DNA of 64,000 nucleotides from an uncultured Sphingomonas sp. GTDB lineage: Bacteria; Pseudomonadota; Alphaproteobacteria; Sphingomonadales; Sphingomonadaceae. Under the pieces are notes generated by a model. That model saw only the letters and a list, made by a program, of their open reading frames with translations, had not been told where the DNA came from and searched no databases. Positions 29,526 through 40,010 of the stretch are shown piece by piece. How positions within the stretch are numbered: position 1 is the stretch's first letter; each line of letters starts with the position of its first letter. Location: the NCBI RefSeq assembly GCF_913775315.1, contig NZ_CAJYIX010000002.1, one strand, 5' to 3'. Both the position numbers and the translations under genes were made by a program.

Positions 29526-31376
29526 TCAACGCTCCACCTGCCCCACGTCGCGCACCGCACCCCGCGAAGCATTCGTCGTCAACGCCGCATACGCCCGGAG
29601 CGCCGCCGATACCTCGCGTTTGCGCCCCAGCGGCTTCCACGCCTTTGCGCCCTTCGCCTCCATCGCCGCGCGGCGCTCGGCCAGCACGTTCTCCGGCAGG
29701 TCGATCGCGATCAGGCGGTTGGGAATGTCGATGACTACGGGATCGCCCTGCTCGACCAGCGCGATGAGCCCGCCCTCCGCCGCCTCGGGCGAGACATGGC
29801 CGATCGAGAGCCCCGAGCTGCCGCCCGAGAAGCGGCCATCGGTGACGAGCGCGCACGCCTTGCCCAGGCCCTTCGACTTCAGATAGCTGGTCGGATACAG
29901 CATTTCCTGCATCCCCGGCCCGCCCTTCGGCCCCTCATAGCGGATCAGCACGACCTCTCCGGGCTTGACCATGTTGCCGAGGATGCCGGCGACCGCGGCG
30001 TCCTGGCTCTCGAACACATGCGCGGTCCCGCGGAAGGTAAGGATCGATTCGTCCACCCCCGCGGTCTTCACGATGCACCCCTCGGGCGCGAGATTGCCGA
30101 ACAGCACGGCAAGCCCGCCGTCCTTCGAGAAGGCGTTCTCGACCGATCGGATGACGCCGCCCGCGCGATCGGTGTCCAATTCGTCCCAGCGTTCCGACTG
30201 GCTGAACGCCACCTGCGTCGGCACGCCGCCGGGGGCCGCGCGATAGAATTGGCGCACCTCGTCCGAGTTCGTCCGCGACACGTCCCAGCGATCGAGCGCG
30301 TCGCCGAACGTCGCCGAATGGACGGTCGGCAACGAGGCGTCGAACAGCCCCCCGCGCTCCAGCTGGCCGAGGATCGCCATGATCCCGCCCGCGCGGTGGA
30401 CGTCCTCCATATGCACGTCGGCGACCGCGGGCGCGACCTTGCACAGCACCGGTACGCGGCGGCTCAGCCGGTCGATATCGGCAATGCCGAAATCGACGCC
30501 GCCCTCCTGCGCCGCGGCCAGCAGGTGGAGCACGGTGTTGGTCGACCCGCCCATCGCGATGTCGAGGCTCATCGCATTCTCGAACGCCTTCCGGCTTGCG
30601 ATCGTGCGCGGCAGCGCGGTCTCGTCGTCCTGCTCGTAATAGCGCTTGGCGAGGTCGACGATCAGGTGCCCCGCCTCCCGAAACAGCTTCTCGCGGTCGG
30701 CGTGCGTCGCCAGCACCGACCCGTTGCCGGGGAGCGCCAGCCCCAGCGCCTCGGTCAGGCAGTTCATCGAGTTGGCGGTGAACATGCCCGAGCACGAGCC
30801 GCAGGTCGGGCAGGCCGATCGTTCGATCGCGGCGACTTCCTCGTCCGAATAGCTGTCGTCGGCGGCGACGACCATCGCATCGACAAGGTCGAGCGCGCGT
30901 TCCTTGCCCTTCACCACCACCTTGCCCGCTTCCATCGGGCCGCCCGAGACGAACACGACAGGGACGTTGAGGCGCATCGCGGCCATCAGCATCCCCGGCG
31001 TGATCTTGTCGCAGTTGGAGATGCAGACGATCGCGTCGGCGCAGTGGGCGTTCACCATATACTCGACCGCATCGGCGATCAGCTCGCGGCTGGGCAGCGA
31101 ATAGAGCATCCCGCCATGGCCCATCGCGATGCCGTCGTCGACGGCGATGGTATTGAACTCCTTGGCGACACCGCCCGCCGCCTCGATCTCGCGCGCGACG
31201 AGCTGGCCGAGGTCCTTCAGATGGACATGGCCGGGCACGAATTGCGTGAAGCTGTTGGCGATGGCGATGATCGGCTTGCCGAAATCCTCGTCCTTCATCC
31301 CCGTCGCGCGCCAGAGGCCACGCGCGCCCGCCATGTTGCGGCCATGGGTGGTGGTACGGGAACGATAGGCGGGCAT
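29526..31376 (-). CDS. ilvD: Dihydroxy-acid dehydratase
   Basis: [41 protein letters not shown]. Confidence 0.98.
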   Translation of the reverse strand: MPAYRSRTTTHGRNMAGARGLWRATGMKDEDFGKPIIAIANSFTQFVPGHVHLKDLGQLVAREIEAAGGVAKEFNTIAVDDGIAMGHGGMLYSLPSRELIADAVEYMVNAHCADAIVCISNCDKITPGMLMAAMRLNVPVVFVSGGPMEAGKVVVKGKERALDLVDAMVVAADDSYSDEEVAAIERSACPTCGSCSGMFTANSMNCLTEALGLALPGNGSVLATHADREKLFREAGHLIVDLAKRYYEQDDETALPRTIASRKAFENAMSLDIAMGGSTNTVLHLLAAAQEGGVDFGIADIDRLSRRVPVLCKVAPAVADVHMEDVHRAGGIMAILGQLERGGLFDASLPTVHSATFGDALDRWDVSRTNSDEVRQFYRAAPGGVPTQVAFSQSERWDELDTDRAGGVIRSVENAFSKDGGLAVLFGNLAPEGCIVKTAGVDESILTFRGTAHVFESQDAAVAGILGNMVKPGEVVLIRYEGPKGGPGMQEMLYPTSYLKSKGLGKACALVTDGRFSGGSSGLSIGHVSPEAAEGGLIALVEQGDPVVIDIPNRLIAIDLPENVLAERRAAMEAKGAKAWKPLGRKREVSAALRAYAALTTNASRGAVRDVGQVER

Positions 31377-31443
31377 GACGGATATCCTGACAGGGCGGTG
31401 AGGCGCGCCCTATGCAGCTTTCGTGCGCGAAAGGCCAGCCCGG

Positions 31444-32589
31444 CTATAGCTTTGTTGCGATCTCGCCAAACCTCTCGACGTCGCGCGCATCGTGATAGAG
31501 GCCAAGGCCGATGCGCAGCACATCGCCGCGCACGTCGGTCACCACATCCTCGGCCAGCAGCTTCGCCTGCCATTCGGCCGCATGCGGACTGCGCAGCGCG
31601 AGGAAGCGCGCCTGTACCGACCCCGGCGGATTGACGATCTCCGCATCGCCGAGCGGCGACCGGTCGAGCGAGCCGATCAGCTGGTCGCGCAGGTCGGCGA
31701 CATGGGCGGAGACGACGCGCGTCGACAGCCCCTCCCGCGCCAGCATGTCGCGCACCGCGACGAAGCGGTAGAGCCCGGATGGGTCGAACGTCGCGCCGAG
31801 GAACCGGCGACCGTCGGGCGCATAGCCCACCCCGCCCGGCGGCGCGCTGAGGTCGTCGAATGCAGCGTACCAACCGGTGATCGCGGGGCGCGACGCATAG
31901 CCAGCGGGCGCGTGGAGGAACCCCACACCCTCCCCCGCCATCGCATATTTGTATCCGCCGGAAGTGTAGAACAGGCACCCGGCATAGGCGGAAAAGTCGG
32001 TCTCGACCGCCATGAAGCCGTGATAGCCGTCGACCAGCACCCACGGCCCCTCCGGCGCGGCGACGGCGGCGAGGTCGCTTAGCGCGCCGAACACGCGGCC
32101 GGTGCCGAACGCGACATGGCTGACGACGATCAGGTCGTGGTCGCCGCTCCGTGCGCGCTCCACCAGTCGCTCCTCCAGCGCATCGTCGACCTCGACGGTT
32201 TCGAGCACCACCTCCCCGCTCTCGACCCAGCGCGTCACCTGCCGCGTGAAGCTGTGGAACTCGCCCGCGGTGGCGAGAATGCGGACCGGGCGGCGTGGGA
32301 TCGCCGAGACGATGCGCACGAGGAAGTCGTGCGTGTTGCCCGCGAAGCAGACGGTCGAGGGATCGGGCAGCCCTAGCTCGCGAGCGACATGGCCCTGCCC
32401 CGCCGGCCACATCTCCTCCATCACCCGCTTCCACTTGGTGTCCGCGAGCCGGGCGGCATCCTCCCACGCCGCCTGATGGCCGAGCCAGCTGGCGTCGGGC
32501 CACAGGTGATGGCTGTGCGCGGCCATGTGCAGCCGATCGGCACTCGCGGCGATAGAGCGCTGGAACAGATGCTTGTAGCTCGTCGTCAC
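31444..32589 (-). CDS. PLP-dependent class V aminotransferase, kynureninase-like
   Basis: VDGYH, TSGGYKY (PLP Lys), ITGWYA; GTG overlaps upstream TGA. Confidence 0.7.
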   Translation of the reverse strand: MTTSYKHLFQRSIAASADRLHMAAHSHHLWPDASWLGHQAAWEDAARLADTKWKRVMEEMWPAGQGHVARELGLPDPSTVCFAGNTHDFLVRIVSAIPRRPVRILATAGEFHSFTRQVTRWVESGEVVLETVEVDDALEERLVERARSGDHDLIVVSHVAFGTGRVFGALSDLAAVAAPEGPWVLVDGYHGFMAVETDFSAYAGCLFYTSGGYKYAMAGEGVGFLHAPAGYASRPAITGWYAAFDDLSAPPGGVGYAPDGRRFLGATFDPSGLYRFVAVRDMLAREGLSTRVVSAHVADLRDQLIGSLDRSPLGDAEIVNPPGSVQARFLALRSPHAAEWQAKLLAEDVVTDVRGDVLRIGLGLYHDARDVERFGEIATKL

Positions 32590-33341
32590 AGACTCGTTCT
32601 CAGCGACCAGAGTTCGGGAAAGGCGCGGCGGGGCAGCGTCGATTCGAGGTAATGGACGCCGGTGCCGCCGGTCCCGCGCTTGTGGCCGATGATGCGGCTG
32701 ACGGTCAGCACGTGCTTGTGCCGCCACGTCGCGAACGCCTCGTCCAGGTCGACGAGCTTCTCGGCGAGCTGATAGAGCGGCCACCAGCGCTGCTCCTCGC
32801 GATAGACGGTCGCCCACGCCGCCTCGACCGCCGGATCGGGGGTGTAGGGCGCGGACCAGTCGCGGGCGAGCGCCGCCTCAGGCATCGGCAGGCCCGCGCG
32901 CGCGGCGGCCATGTTCGCCTCGTCCCACAGGCCCGGCTGCGCGGCAGCGGCGCGCGTCTGCGGCCCGTGACGGGGGCCATCGCGAAAGCCCATCATCACC
33001 TCGACCGTGCGGAACTGGTCCGACTGGAAACCCGACGAGCTCCCGAGGACGCCGCGGAACCGCATGTAATCGGTGGTCGTCATCGTCGTCAGCACGTCCC
33101 ACGACAGCGTCATCACCGCCTGGATCCGGCTGACGCGGGCGAGCACCTTGTACACCTCGGGCAGGCGGTCGGCGCGGAGCAGCGCGAGTGCTTGGCCCAG
33201 CTCGTGGATGCCCTGCTTCATCCACAATTCCTGCGTCTGGTGCATCGCGATGAACAGCGGTTCGTCGGGATGGTCCGAAATCGGCCGCTGCGCATCGAAC
33301 AGCGTCGGCAGCGCGAGATAATCGCCATAGGTCATTGCCAT
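32586..33341 (-). CDS. kynA: Tryptophan 2,3-dioxygenase family protein
   Basis: TYGDYL, FIAMHQTQELW, SSGFQS, HKRGTGG. Confidence 0.88.
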   Translation of the reverse strand: MAMTYGDYLALPTLFDAQRPISDHPDEPLFIAMHQTQELWMKQGIHELGQALALLRADRLPEVYKVLARVSRIQAVMTLSWDVLTTMTTTDYMRFRGVLGSSSGFQSDQFRTVEVMMGFRDGPRHGPQTRAAAAQPGLWDEANMAAARAGLPMPEAALARDWSAPYTPDPAVEAAWATVYREEQRWWPLYQLAEKLVDLDEAFATWRHKHVLTVSRIIGHKRGTGGTGVHYLESTLPRRAFPELWSLRTSL

Positions 33342-33359
33342 GACGAGAGGCCTAGCGCG

Positions 33360-34241
33360 TCATTTGGCCGCCGGAAAGTCCGGCACGTCGGGCGGGATCG
33401 CCGCGCCGCGCCACCGCTCGACCACGACAGTCTCTCGCGTCCCGTCCTCGCGCTTGCGGCGCTCGATCAACGCCGCGCCCTGCTGGCTCGTCGAGCCGAC
33501 GCTTGCGCGCGTGCGGACCCAGAAATGGTCAGAGGCAAGGCGCGTCCCCGGCGGCATCGTCAGATTCTCTCGGGACAGATCCTCCGGCGTCAGGAAGCCC
33601 TGCCGGTCGCGCACCGCCAGCAGCCGCTCGACCGCGACGGGATCGCGCAGCATCAGCAGAAGGAGCGGGCGATCCGCGGCATTGAGGTTGATCTGCGTGG
33701 GCGTCGGCAGCGCCGTCACCATCCCCGCCAGCCGGTCGGCGGCGGCGGGATCGAGCCCGGCGAGGCGGATGGGGCGAAGGTCGGTGACGGGGCCGGCTGC
33801 GCGGATATAGCCGATTGCCTGGATGATCTGCTCGGGCGTCAGTCCCGCGTCGCGCGCGATCGCCTCGAACAGGATCGCCGCCGACGCTTCGCCGGTGCGC
33901 AGGTTGTTGACGTTGAACCGCCCCTCGGCATCGGCAACGGCGAGGTCGAAGGTGCCGCCCCCCTCGATCGGGATCGCGCGCTCGGCCACCTTCGCCCAGG
34001 GTTCGCCGCGGTGATCGACCTCGGGCGCGTCCACGGCATCGCGGCGAAGCGCCGTCAGCGCCGACAGTTCGCCCCCGCGCACGATCGCCGCGGCCCGCGA
34101 CGCCTCCCGCATCCTGAGCGCGCCGTCGAGCGCCAGTTCCTCGCGATTGACCATCAGCAGCACGAGCCCGCTGGCGATCGCGACGAAGAGGAGGACGTTG
34201 ACGAGGATCAGCCCCTCCTCGCCCTGTGCCGGCCCCCTCAC
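33360..34241 (-). CDS. gspK: Type II secretion minor pseudopilin K
   Basis: G/LILVNVL prepilin-like signal, DAEGRFNVNNL, INLNAA. Confidence 0.85.
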   Translation of the reverse strand: MRGPAQGEEGLILVNVLLFVAIASGLVLLMVNREELALDGALRMREASRAAAIVRGGELSALTALRRDAVDAPEVDHRGEPWAKVAERAIPIEGGGTFDLAVADAEGRFNVNNLRTGEASAAILFEAIARDAGLTPEQIIQAIGYIRAAGPVTDLRPIRLAGLDPAAADRLAGMVTALPTPTQINLNAADRPLLLLMLRDPVAVERLLAVRDRQGFLTPEDLSRENLTMPPGTRLASDHFWVRTRASVGSTSQQGAALIERRKREDGTRETVVVERWRGAAIPPDVPDFPAAK

Positions 34242-34771
34242 GGCCCGCTCGCCGGGCGCGCGGGAAAGGCGACGACGCGGCGGAGCGTCCCACGCGTGCC
34301 GAGGCCGACCGTCATTTCGACCGCGCGCGGCCAGTCCTCTCCGCGGTCCGCGCTCGGTGGCCAGCCCGCCCGCCACGCGCCGCCGTCGAGGAACCGCGCG
34401 TCGAGCCCGGTGACCCCCGCCATCACCGGCTGCGGCGCCCCGCCGACCAACCGGGTGAGCGTATCGCCGGTGCGGATCCACCGGACCTCGACCGGCGCAC
34501 CGCCAAGGCCGGGGGCGGCGCGGGTGAAGATGAGTTCGTGCCCGTTCGACACGATCCGCCCGCGCGCGATCTGGTCGATGTCGCTGGTGAGCACATAGAC
34601 GGCCCGCGCCATCGCCCCCTGATCGTCGAGCCGCGCGGCGGTGCGCCCCTGCACGCCGAGGATCGAGTCCACCAGCCCGATCCCCGCGACCGCGATCAGT
34701 GCGAACAGCGCAAGCGAGATCATCAGCTCGATCAGGGTGAAGCCGGCTTCCTCCGCCGGCTCAACCCGCAC
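34238..34771 (-). CDS. gspJ: Type II secretion minor pseudopilin J-like
   Basis: G/FTLIELMISLALFAL class III signal; WPRAVE near C-terminus. Confidence 0.8.
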   Translation of the reverse strand: MRVEPAEEAGFTLIELMISLALFALIAVAGIGLVDSILGVQGRTAARLDDQGAMARAVYVLTSDIDQIARGRIVSNGHELIFTRAAPGLGGAPVEVRWIRTGDTLTRLVGGAPQPVMAGVTGLDARFLDGGAWRAGWPPSADRGEDWPRAVEMTVGLGTRGTLRRVVAFPARPASGP

Positions 34772-34854
34772 CCCGGCGGAGGCCGGGGTCCAGTTGGGAA
34801 AGGCCGAGATTCTACCGATGCCGCTCCCAACTGTACCCCGGCCTCCGCCAGGGT
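34770..34854. repeat. REPIN-like doublet (two inverted 30-bp REP units)
   Basis: ACCCCGGCGGAGGCCGGGGTCCAGTTGGGA vs TCCCAACTGTACCCCGGCCTCCGCCAGGGT, 28/30 complementary. Confidence 0.85.
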
Positions 34855-34913
34855 ACCGCGAAAGTGGGGGAAACGTCCCGCGCCGCGAACGGGGGATGGT
34901 TCGCCCCACTCCC

Positions 34914-35984
34914 TCAAGCCCCGCGGCTGGTCGCGACCTTGGCATAGCCCTCGGGTCCGGCGACGACGATCGCCATGTCGCGCGCGACACTGCCGTCCTC
35001 GCGGAAGCGCAGGGGGCCGGTCGCGGTGTCGAAGCTCGGTTCGGCGAGCAGACCCGCACGGTTCAGCGCGTTCTTGTCGCGCAGCATCTTTGAGATCGCC
35101 GCCGCGTCATAGGCGAGCGCGGCGATTACCCCCGCATCGCCGCCCATCCGCGCCTCGTACGCTTGCGAAAAGGCGGCAAACGCGGCCGGGTCGGGGCTCG
35201 CCAGCCATGCGCCGTCGAGCACCGCGAGGCTGGCGGGCCGATGGTCGAGCGCCTGGACGGTGCCGAGCAGCTGGATGCCGGTATCCTTCAGGTTGCGCGC
35301 CGCTGCCATGACGGGATCGCCGCCGCCGGGGATCAGCACCGCATCGGGCGCATCGCCCGCCGCGGGCAGCGGCTGGCCCGCCGACACGTCGATCCGCCGC
35401 ACGTCGAGGTTGAGCTCGCCCTGCAGCGCCGCCGCCGCTTCGGCCGCTGCCATGGCCCAGCGCGACCCGTCGGCGATCGCCGCCACCCGCCGCACGCCCC
35501 GCGAACGGGCGTAGCGCAGGATCGCGCCGGTCGATTGACGCGCGGTGATGCCCATCGTGAAGGCGCCGGGCGCCCGCGCGCCGGGATCGTTAGTGAAAGC
35601 GAGGACCGGGACACTCGCGCCCGCGACGCCCGCGACCGGGCCGACTTCCTCGGCCAGCAGCGGCCCGAGGATCATCGCCACCTTGCGCTTCATCGCCGCC
35701 ACCGCCGCCGCCTGCGCGCCTGCCGCCGTCCCGCCGGTGTCGAACACGATCAGGCGACCGGGCGTGTTTTCGGCGAGCATCGCCGCCCGCTCCATGCTAG
35801 TCCCCAGCGCCGCACGCGGGCCGGTGCGCGGAATCAGCAGCGCGACGGGCCGCTTGTCGACCTTTGCTGCCCAGACGGGGGACACGACGGATGCAGACGC
35901 TGCTGCGACGAGGGACGATCGCAGAAACGATAGCGCGGCCCGCCGATCCAGCGGCGTTGCTCCCGAAGGCGGATAGTGCGGCAC
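34914..35984 (-). CDS. Periplasmic binding protein type 1 fold, LppC/PBP-activator-like, possible Tat signal
   Basis: DRRAALSFL N-terminus; LLIPRTG, ILGPL, ALAYDAA, GPLRFREDG. Confidence 0.7.
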   Translation of the reverse strand: MPHYPPSGATPLDRRAALSFLRSSLVAAASASVVSPVWAAKVDKRPVALLIPRTGPRAALGTSMERAAMLAENTPGRLIVFDTGGTAAGAQAAAVAAMKRKVAMILGPLLAEEVGPVAGVAGASVPVLAFTNDPGARAPGAFTMGITARQSTGAILRYARSRGVRRVAAIADGSRWAMAAAEAAAALQGELNLDVRRIDVSAGQPLPAAGDAPDAVLIPGGGDPVMAAARNLKDTGIQLLGTVQALDHRPASLAVLDGAWLASPDPAAFAAFSQAYEARMGGDAGVIAALAYDAAAISKMLRDKNALNRAGLLAEPSFDTATGPLRFREDGSVARDMAIVVAGPEGYAKVATSRGA

Positions 35985-36667
35985 GCCGGCGTCTTATCCT
36001 GTTCGGCAGCATCGGCATAGCCGCCTATGCGATCGCGATGCTGGCAACGATGCCGGCCAGCGTCTTCATCAAGAACCGCCCGTGGCGCACCGGCGTCGCG
36101 GGCACCGTCTGGTCGGGCGAGGTCGGCGTGGCGGGGGGCAGCATCGTGCGCTGGACGTTCGCGCCGCTGCGCTCGCTCACATCGCTAGGCTTCGCGGTCG
36201 ACTGGCGCGCCAGCGGCGAGAATACCGATCTTGGCGGACAGGCGCTGCTGCGACCGAGCGGGGTACGGCTCGACAACGTCAGCGGGACGGCGGACGGCGC
36301 GCTCCTGTCCGCGCTGCTCCCCGATGTCGGCTTCGCCTGCGACCTCACCATGCAGGCCGAGTTTCCGCATCTGTCGTTCGGGCCGGGCCATGGCCTGGTC
36401 GAGGGGCAGGCGACGATCGATCCCGGCGCCTGCCGCAAGACGCCCGACGGTGCGCCCGTCCCCACCCCGGCAATGATCCTCACCGCCGAGCATCTGGGCA
36501 CCGAGAGCCGCATTCGGCTCGCCCCGATCGGACAGCGCCGACGGACGCTGATCGATGCGACGGTGGCAGAGGATGGCGATTACAAGGTGACGCTGAACCC
36601 CGACGGCGCGGCGATACTGCCCTTTACCGGCCTGCCGCCGGGCGTCGGCATCGAAAGCAGCTTCTGA
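35957..36667 (+). CDS. gspN: Type II secretion system protein N-like (start uncertain, TTG)
   Basis: N-terminal TM followed by GVAGTVWSG motif. Confidence 0.6.
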   Translation: MLPKADSAARRRLILFGSIGIAAYAIAMLATMPASVFIKNRPWRTGVAGTVWSGEVGVAGGSIVRWTFAPLRSLTSLGFAVDWRASGENTDLGGQALLRPSGVRLDNVSGTADGALLSALLPDVGFACDLTMQAEFPHLSFGPGHGLVEGQATIDPGACRKTPDGAPVPTPAMILTAEHLGTESRIRLAPIGQRRRTLIDATVAEDGDYKVTLNPDGAAILPFTGLPPGVGIESSF

Positions 36668-36710
36668 TCGCGGCACCGACCGCCCGATGGATCGTTACCG
36701 GGTCGAACCG

Positions 36711-38159
36711 ATGCGCTGCCTAGCCCCTTTCATCCTGCTCGCCGCGCTGGCCGGGTGCGATCGCCGGCCCGACGACGTGCCGGTGGTCGTGAGCGCGATC
36801 GGGCCGGGCATGCCGCGCCTGCCCGCACGGCCCGGCGACCCGCTCCCGCTGCCCGCCGCGCTGTTCACCGCCTCGACCGCGCAGGGCCTCGTCCGCTTCG
36901 ATGCGGCGGGACAGGTCGAGCCGGGGCTGGCCGAACGCTGGATCGTGATCGACGAGGGACGCAGCTATATCTTTCGCCTCGCCGATGCCGAATGGGCGAA
37001 CGGCGACCGCGTAACCGCGCGAGAGGTCGTGGCCGGGCTTCGCCGTGCGATCGCGAACCCGCGCAATCCGCTGCGCCCCCACCTCTCGGCGATTGACGAG
37101 GTGGTGGAGATGACGCCGCTGGTCATCGAAGTGCGCCTGTCGCGCCCACGCCCCGACCTCCTACCATTGTTCGCGCAACCCGAGCTTGCGATCCCCGGCC
37201 CGCGCGGCGGCGGCAGCGGGCCGTTCCGCATCGAGCGTGCGGGCAATGCCCCCCGCTTGCGCCCCGGCTACGACCCGACCGCCGCAGACGATGCGCCAGA
37301 GGCGCCCGATGCCGCCGAGTTCGTTCAGATTCGCGCCGAGCGGCCGGCCCATGCGATCCTGCGCTTTCGCGAGCGCCAGTCGGATTACGTGACCGGCGGC
37401 ACCTTTGCCGACTGGCCGCTGGTCGATGCCGCCGACGTGTCGCCGCCCAATCGCCGGCTCGACCCCGCGCGCGGGCTTTTCGGCCTGTCGGTGGCACGGC
37501 GTCAGGGGTTCCTCGCCGCTGCCGACCGGCGCGAGGCGGTGGCGATGGCGATCGACCGGAATGCGCTGACCCGCGACTTCGCTCCCGACTGGACCCCGAC
37601 CGAGACGCTGCTGCCCGATCCGCTCGATTCGGTGACCCAGCCGGCGCGCGCGCCATGGCTCGCCTTCGACCTCGACGCGCGGCGCGCGGCGGCACAGGTG
37701 CGGGTGGCCGAATGGCGCGCGGCGAATGGCGGGACCGCGCCCGAGCTGACGATCGCGATGCCGGCGGGGCCGGGCGCCAGCCGCCTCGCCGCGCGGCTGA
37801 CTGCCGATCTCGCCAGCATCGGCATCCTCGCGCGGCGCGCCCCGCCGGGCACACGAGCCGACCTGCGCCTGGTCGACCTCGTCGCCCCCTATGACAGCGC
37901 GCGCTGGTACCTGCGCATGGCGTGCCAGCCCTGTGCGCAACCGATCGCCGACACGCTGGAGCGGGCGCGGGAAAGCGGCAACCTGATCGAACGCAGCCGC
38001 CTGCTGGCCGAGGCGGACGTCGCGCTGGTGCAGGACGTCGCGTTCATCCCGCTCGCCCAACCGCTGCGCTGGTCATTGGTCGCGCTACGCCTGCGCGAAT
38101 GGCGGGCGAATGCGCGCGCGTGGCATCCATTGAATCACCTGCGCCGCGAGACCAATTAA
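36711..38159 (+). CDS. Family 5 extracellular solute-binding lipoprotein (orphan)
   Basis: Lipobox LAGC; GLVRFD...PGLAERW, YIFRL, GSGPFRI. Confidence 0.8.
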   Translation: MRCLAPFILLAALAGCDRRPDDVPVVVSAIGPGMPRLPARPGDPLPLPAALFTASTAQGLVRFDAAGQVEPGLAERWIVIDEGRSYIFRLADAEWANGDRVTAREVVAGLRRAIANPRNPLRPHLSAIDEVVEMTPLVIEVRLSRPRPDLLPLFAQPELAIPGPRGGGSGPFRIERAGNAPRLRPGYDPTAADDAPEAPDAAEFVQIRAERPAHAILRFRERQSDYVTGGTFADWPLVDAADVSPPNRRLDPARGLFGLSVARRQGFLAAADRREAVAMAIDRNALTRDFAPDWTPTETLLPDPLDSVTQPARAPWLAFDLDARRAAAQVRVAEWRAANGGTAPELTIAMPAGPGASRLAARLTADLASIGILARRAPPGTRADLRLVDLVAPYDSARWYLRMACQPCAQPIADTLERARESGNLIERSRLLAEADVALVQDVAFIPLAQPLRWSLVALRLREWRANARAWHPLNHLRRETN

Positions 38160-38164
38160 GGGTC

Positions 38165-38584
38165 ATGGCACAGACCCGCCGCATCGACCCCGCGATTTTC
38201 GATCGCCTCCCCTTCAAGCGCGACGCCCAGTCGTGCCGCACCCGTATCGAGGCGATCGAGCGGGTGATGGAACGCGCCGTCGTCATTCCCGGCATCAACC
38301 GCCCGGTCGGCCTCGACGTGATCCTCGACCTCGTTCCGATTGCCGGCAGCTTCGTCGGCGCGGCGGCGGGTGCGTACATGCTGTGGGAAGCGCGCAATCT
38401 CGGCATGTCAAAGCTCGCCATGGCGCGGATGGCGGGCAATGTCGGCGTCGACTGGGCGCTGGGGCTGATCCCCGGCGTCGGCATCATTCCCGACTTCTTC
38501 TTCCGGTCGAACACCCGCAACCTGCACATCATCCGCCGCCACCTCGACAAGCATCACCCCGCCACGGTGACCGTCCAGGGCTGA
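38165..38584 (+). CDS. DUF4112 domain protein
   Basis: VGLDVILDLVP, RMAGNVGVD, FRSNTRN. Confidence 0.85.
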   Translation: MAQTRRIDPAIFDRLPFKRDAQSCRTRIEAIERVMERAVVIPGINRPVGLDVILDLVPIAGSFVGAAAGAYMLWEARNLGMSKLAMARMAGNVGVDWALGLIPGVGIIPDFFFRSNTRNLHIIRRHLDKHHPATVTVQG

Positions 38585-38649
38585 TCCATTCGGTGTATTG
38601 CAAGGCTACGACACCAGTGTCATAGTCTGGCAATACAGGAGGGAAAGCC

Positions 38650-39672
38650 ATGTATAGCGAATCCGATCTCGACGCCGCGGTGACGGCCGGGGCGATCAGC
38701 CCCGCTGCCGCCGAATCGCTGCGCGCGCACGTCGCCGCGCAGCGCAACACCCCCGCCGTGGACGAGGAATCGTTCCGGCTGCTGACCGGGTTCAACGACA
38801 TCTTCGTCGCCGTCGCGCTCGCCCTGCTGCTCGCGGCGATCGGGCAGATCGGTGCGGCGATCACCCCGGCCATGGGCGGCGCGGGGGTCGCGGTCGCCGC
38901 GTGGCTATTGGCCGAATATTTCACCAAGCGGCGGCGGATGGCGCTGCCCAGCATCCTGCTGCTCGGCGCGTTCGTCGGCGGCGTGGTGGCGACGCCGATC
39001 GGCGCGCTGGTCGCGCTCGAGCCGAATTACGGCGACCGGGTGAATGCGCTGATCCTCGCCGGCGTCGGCCTGACCGGGGTCGCGGCGGCGTGGGCGCACT
39101 GGCGGCGGTTCATGGTGCCGATCACCGTGGCGGCGGGCGCGCTGGCGCTGACCGGGGCGGCGGTCGGTGTCGCCTTTGCGATCTGGCCGGATATGAAGGA
39201 CAGCGCGCTGCCGCTGGTGCTTGCCGCCGGCCTCGCGACCTTTGCCCTCGCGATGCGCTGGGACATGAGCGACCGCGCGCGCACGACGCGGGCGAGCGAC
39301 GTTGCCTTCTGGCTCCACCTCGCCGCCGCGCCGCTGATCGCGCACCCGATCTTCCACATGCTGGGCGTGTTCGAGGGGCCGGTCGGGCCGGCGATCGCCG
39401 CGCTGGTGCTGGCGCTCTATCTCGGCTTCGCGGTCGTGGCGCTGGCGGTGGACCGCCGCGCCTTGCTCGTCTCCAGCCTCGCCTACGTCCTGTTCGCGCT
39501 CTACGAACTGTTCCGCACCGCCGGCGCGGTCGAGCTGGGCACGGCGTTCACCGGGCTCATCATCGGTTCGGCACTGCTCACGCTCTCGGCCTTCTGGCAG
39601 CCGATGCGGCGGCGGGTCGTGACGATGCTGGGTGAACATATGGCGATGCGGTTGCCGCCCGCTGTCGCCTAA
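38650..39672 (+). CDS. Conserved multi-pass membrane protein
   Basis: About 10 hydrophobic segments; DEESFRLLTGFNDIF. Confidence 0.75.
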   Translation: MYSESDLDAAVTAGAISPAAAESLRAHVAAQRNTPAVDEESFRLLTGFNDIFVAVALALLLAAIGQIGAAITPAMGGAGVAVAAWLLAEYFTKRRRMALPSILLLGAFVGGVVATPIGALVALEPNYGDRVNALILAGVGLTGVAAAWAHWRRFMVPITVAAGALALTGAAVGVAFAIWPDMKDSALPLVLAAGLATFALAMRWDMSDRARTTRASDVAFWLHLAAAPLIAHPIFHMLGVFEGPVGPAIAALVLALYLGFAVVALAVDRRALLVSSLAYVLFALYELFRTAGAVELGTAFTGLIIGSALLTLSAFWQPMRRRVVTMLGEHMAMRLPPAVA

Positions 39673-40010
39673 TCCTCAACGATCTTCATCAGTCGGCGTT
39701 CGAGCGGGGCCAGGACGCCGGCCAGATCGTGTCCGCGCTTCAGGATCGCGCCGCCTTCGCTGACCAGCGCCCACATGCCCTGCTTCTGGCGGAGCGCCGG
39801 GCGCTTCTCGATCCGCACCTCGGGCCGTTCGGCCGCGCGGCGGAACGCGGCGAACACCGCCGCCTCGCGCCCCAACTCGATCGCATAGTCGCGCCAATGC
39901 CCCGCCGCGACCATCCGGCCGTAGAGGTCGAGGATGCGGTTGAGCTCCAGCCGCTCGAACCCGATCTGCGGCGTGCGGCGCGCGGCAAGGTTGACGACCT
40001 CGGCCGTCAC
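39669..40010 (-). CDS. DUF2794 domain protein
   Basis: FERLELNRILDLYGRMVAAGHWRDYAI. Confidence 0.85.
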   Translation of the reverse strand: MTAEVVNLAARRTPQIGFERLELNRILDLYGRMVAAGHWRDYAIELGREAAVFAAFRRAAERPEVRIEKRPALRQKQGMWALVSEGGAILKRGHDLAGVLAPLERRLMKIVED

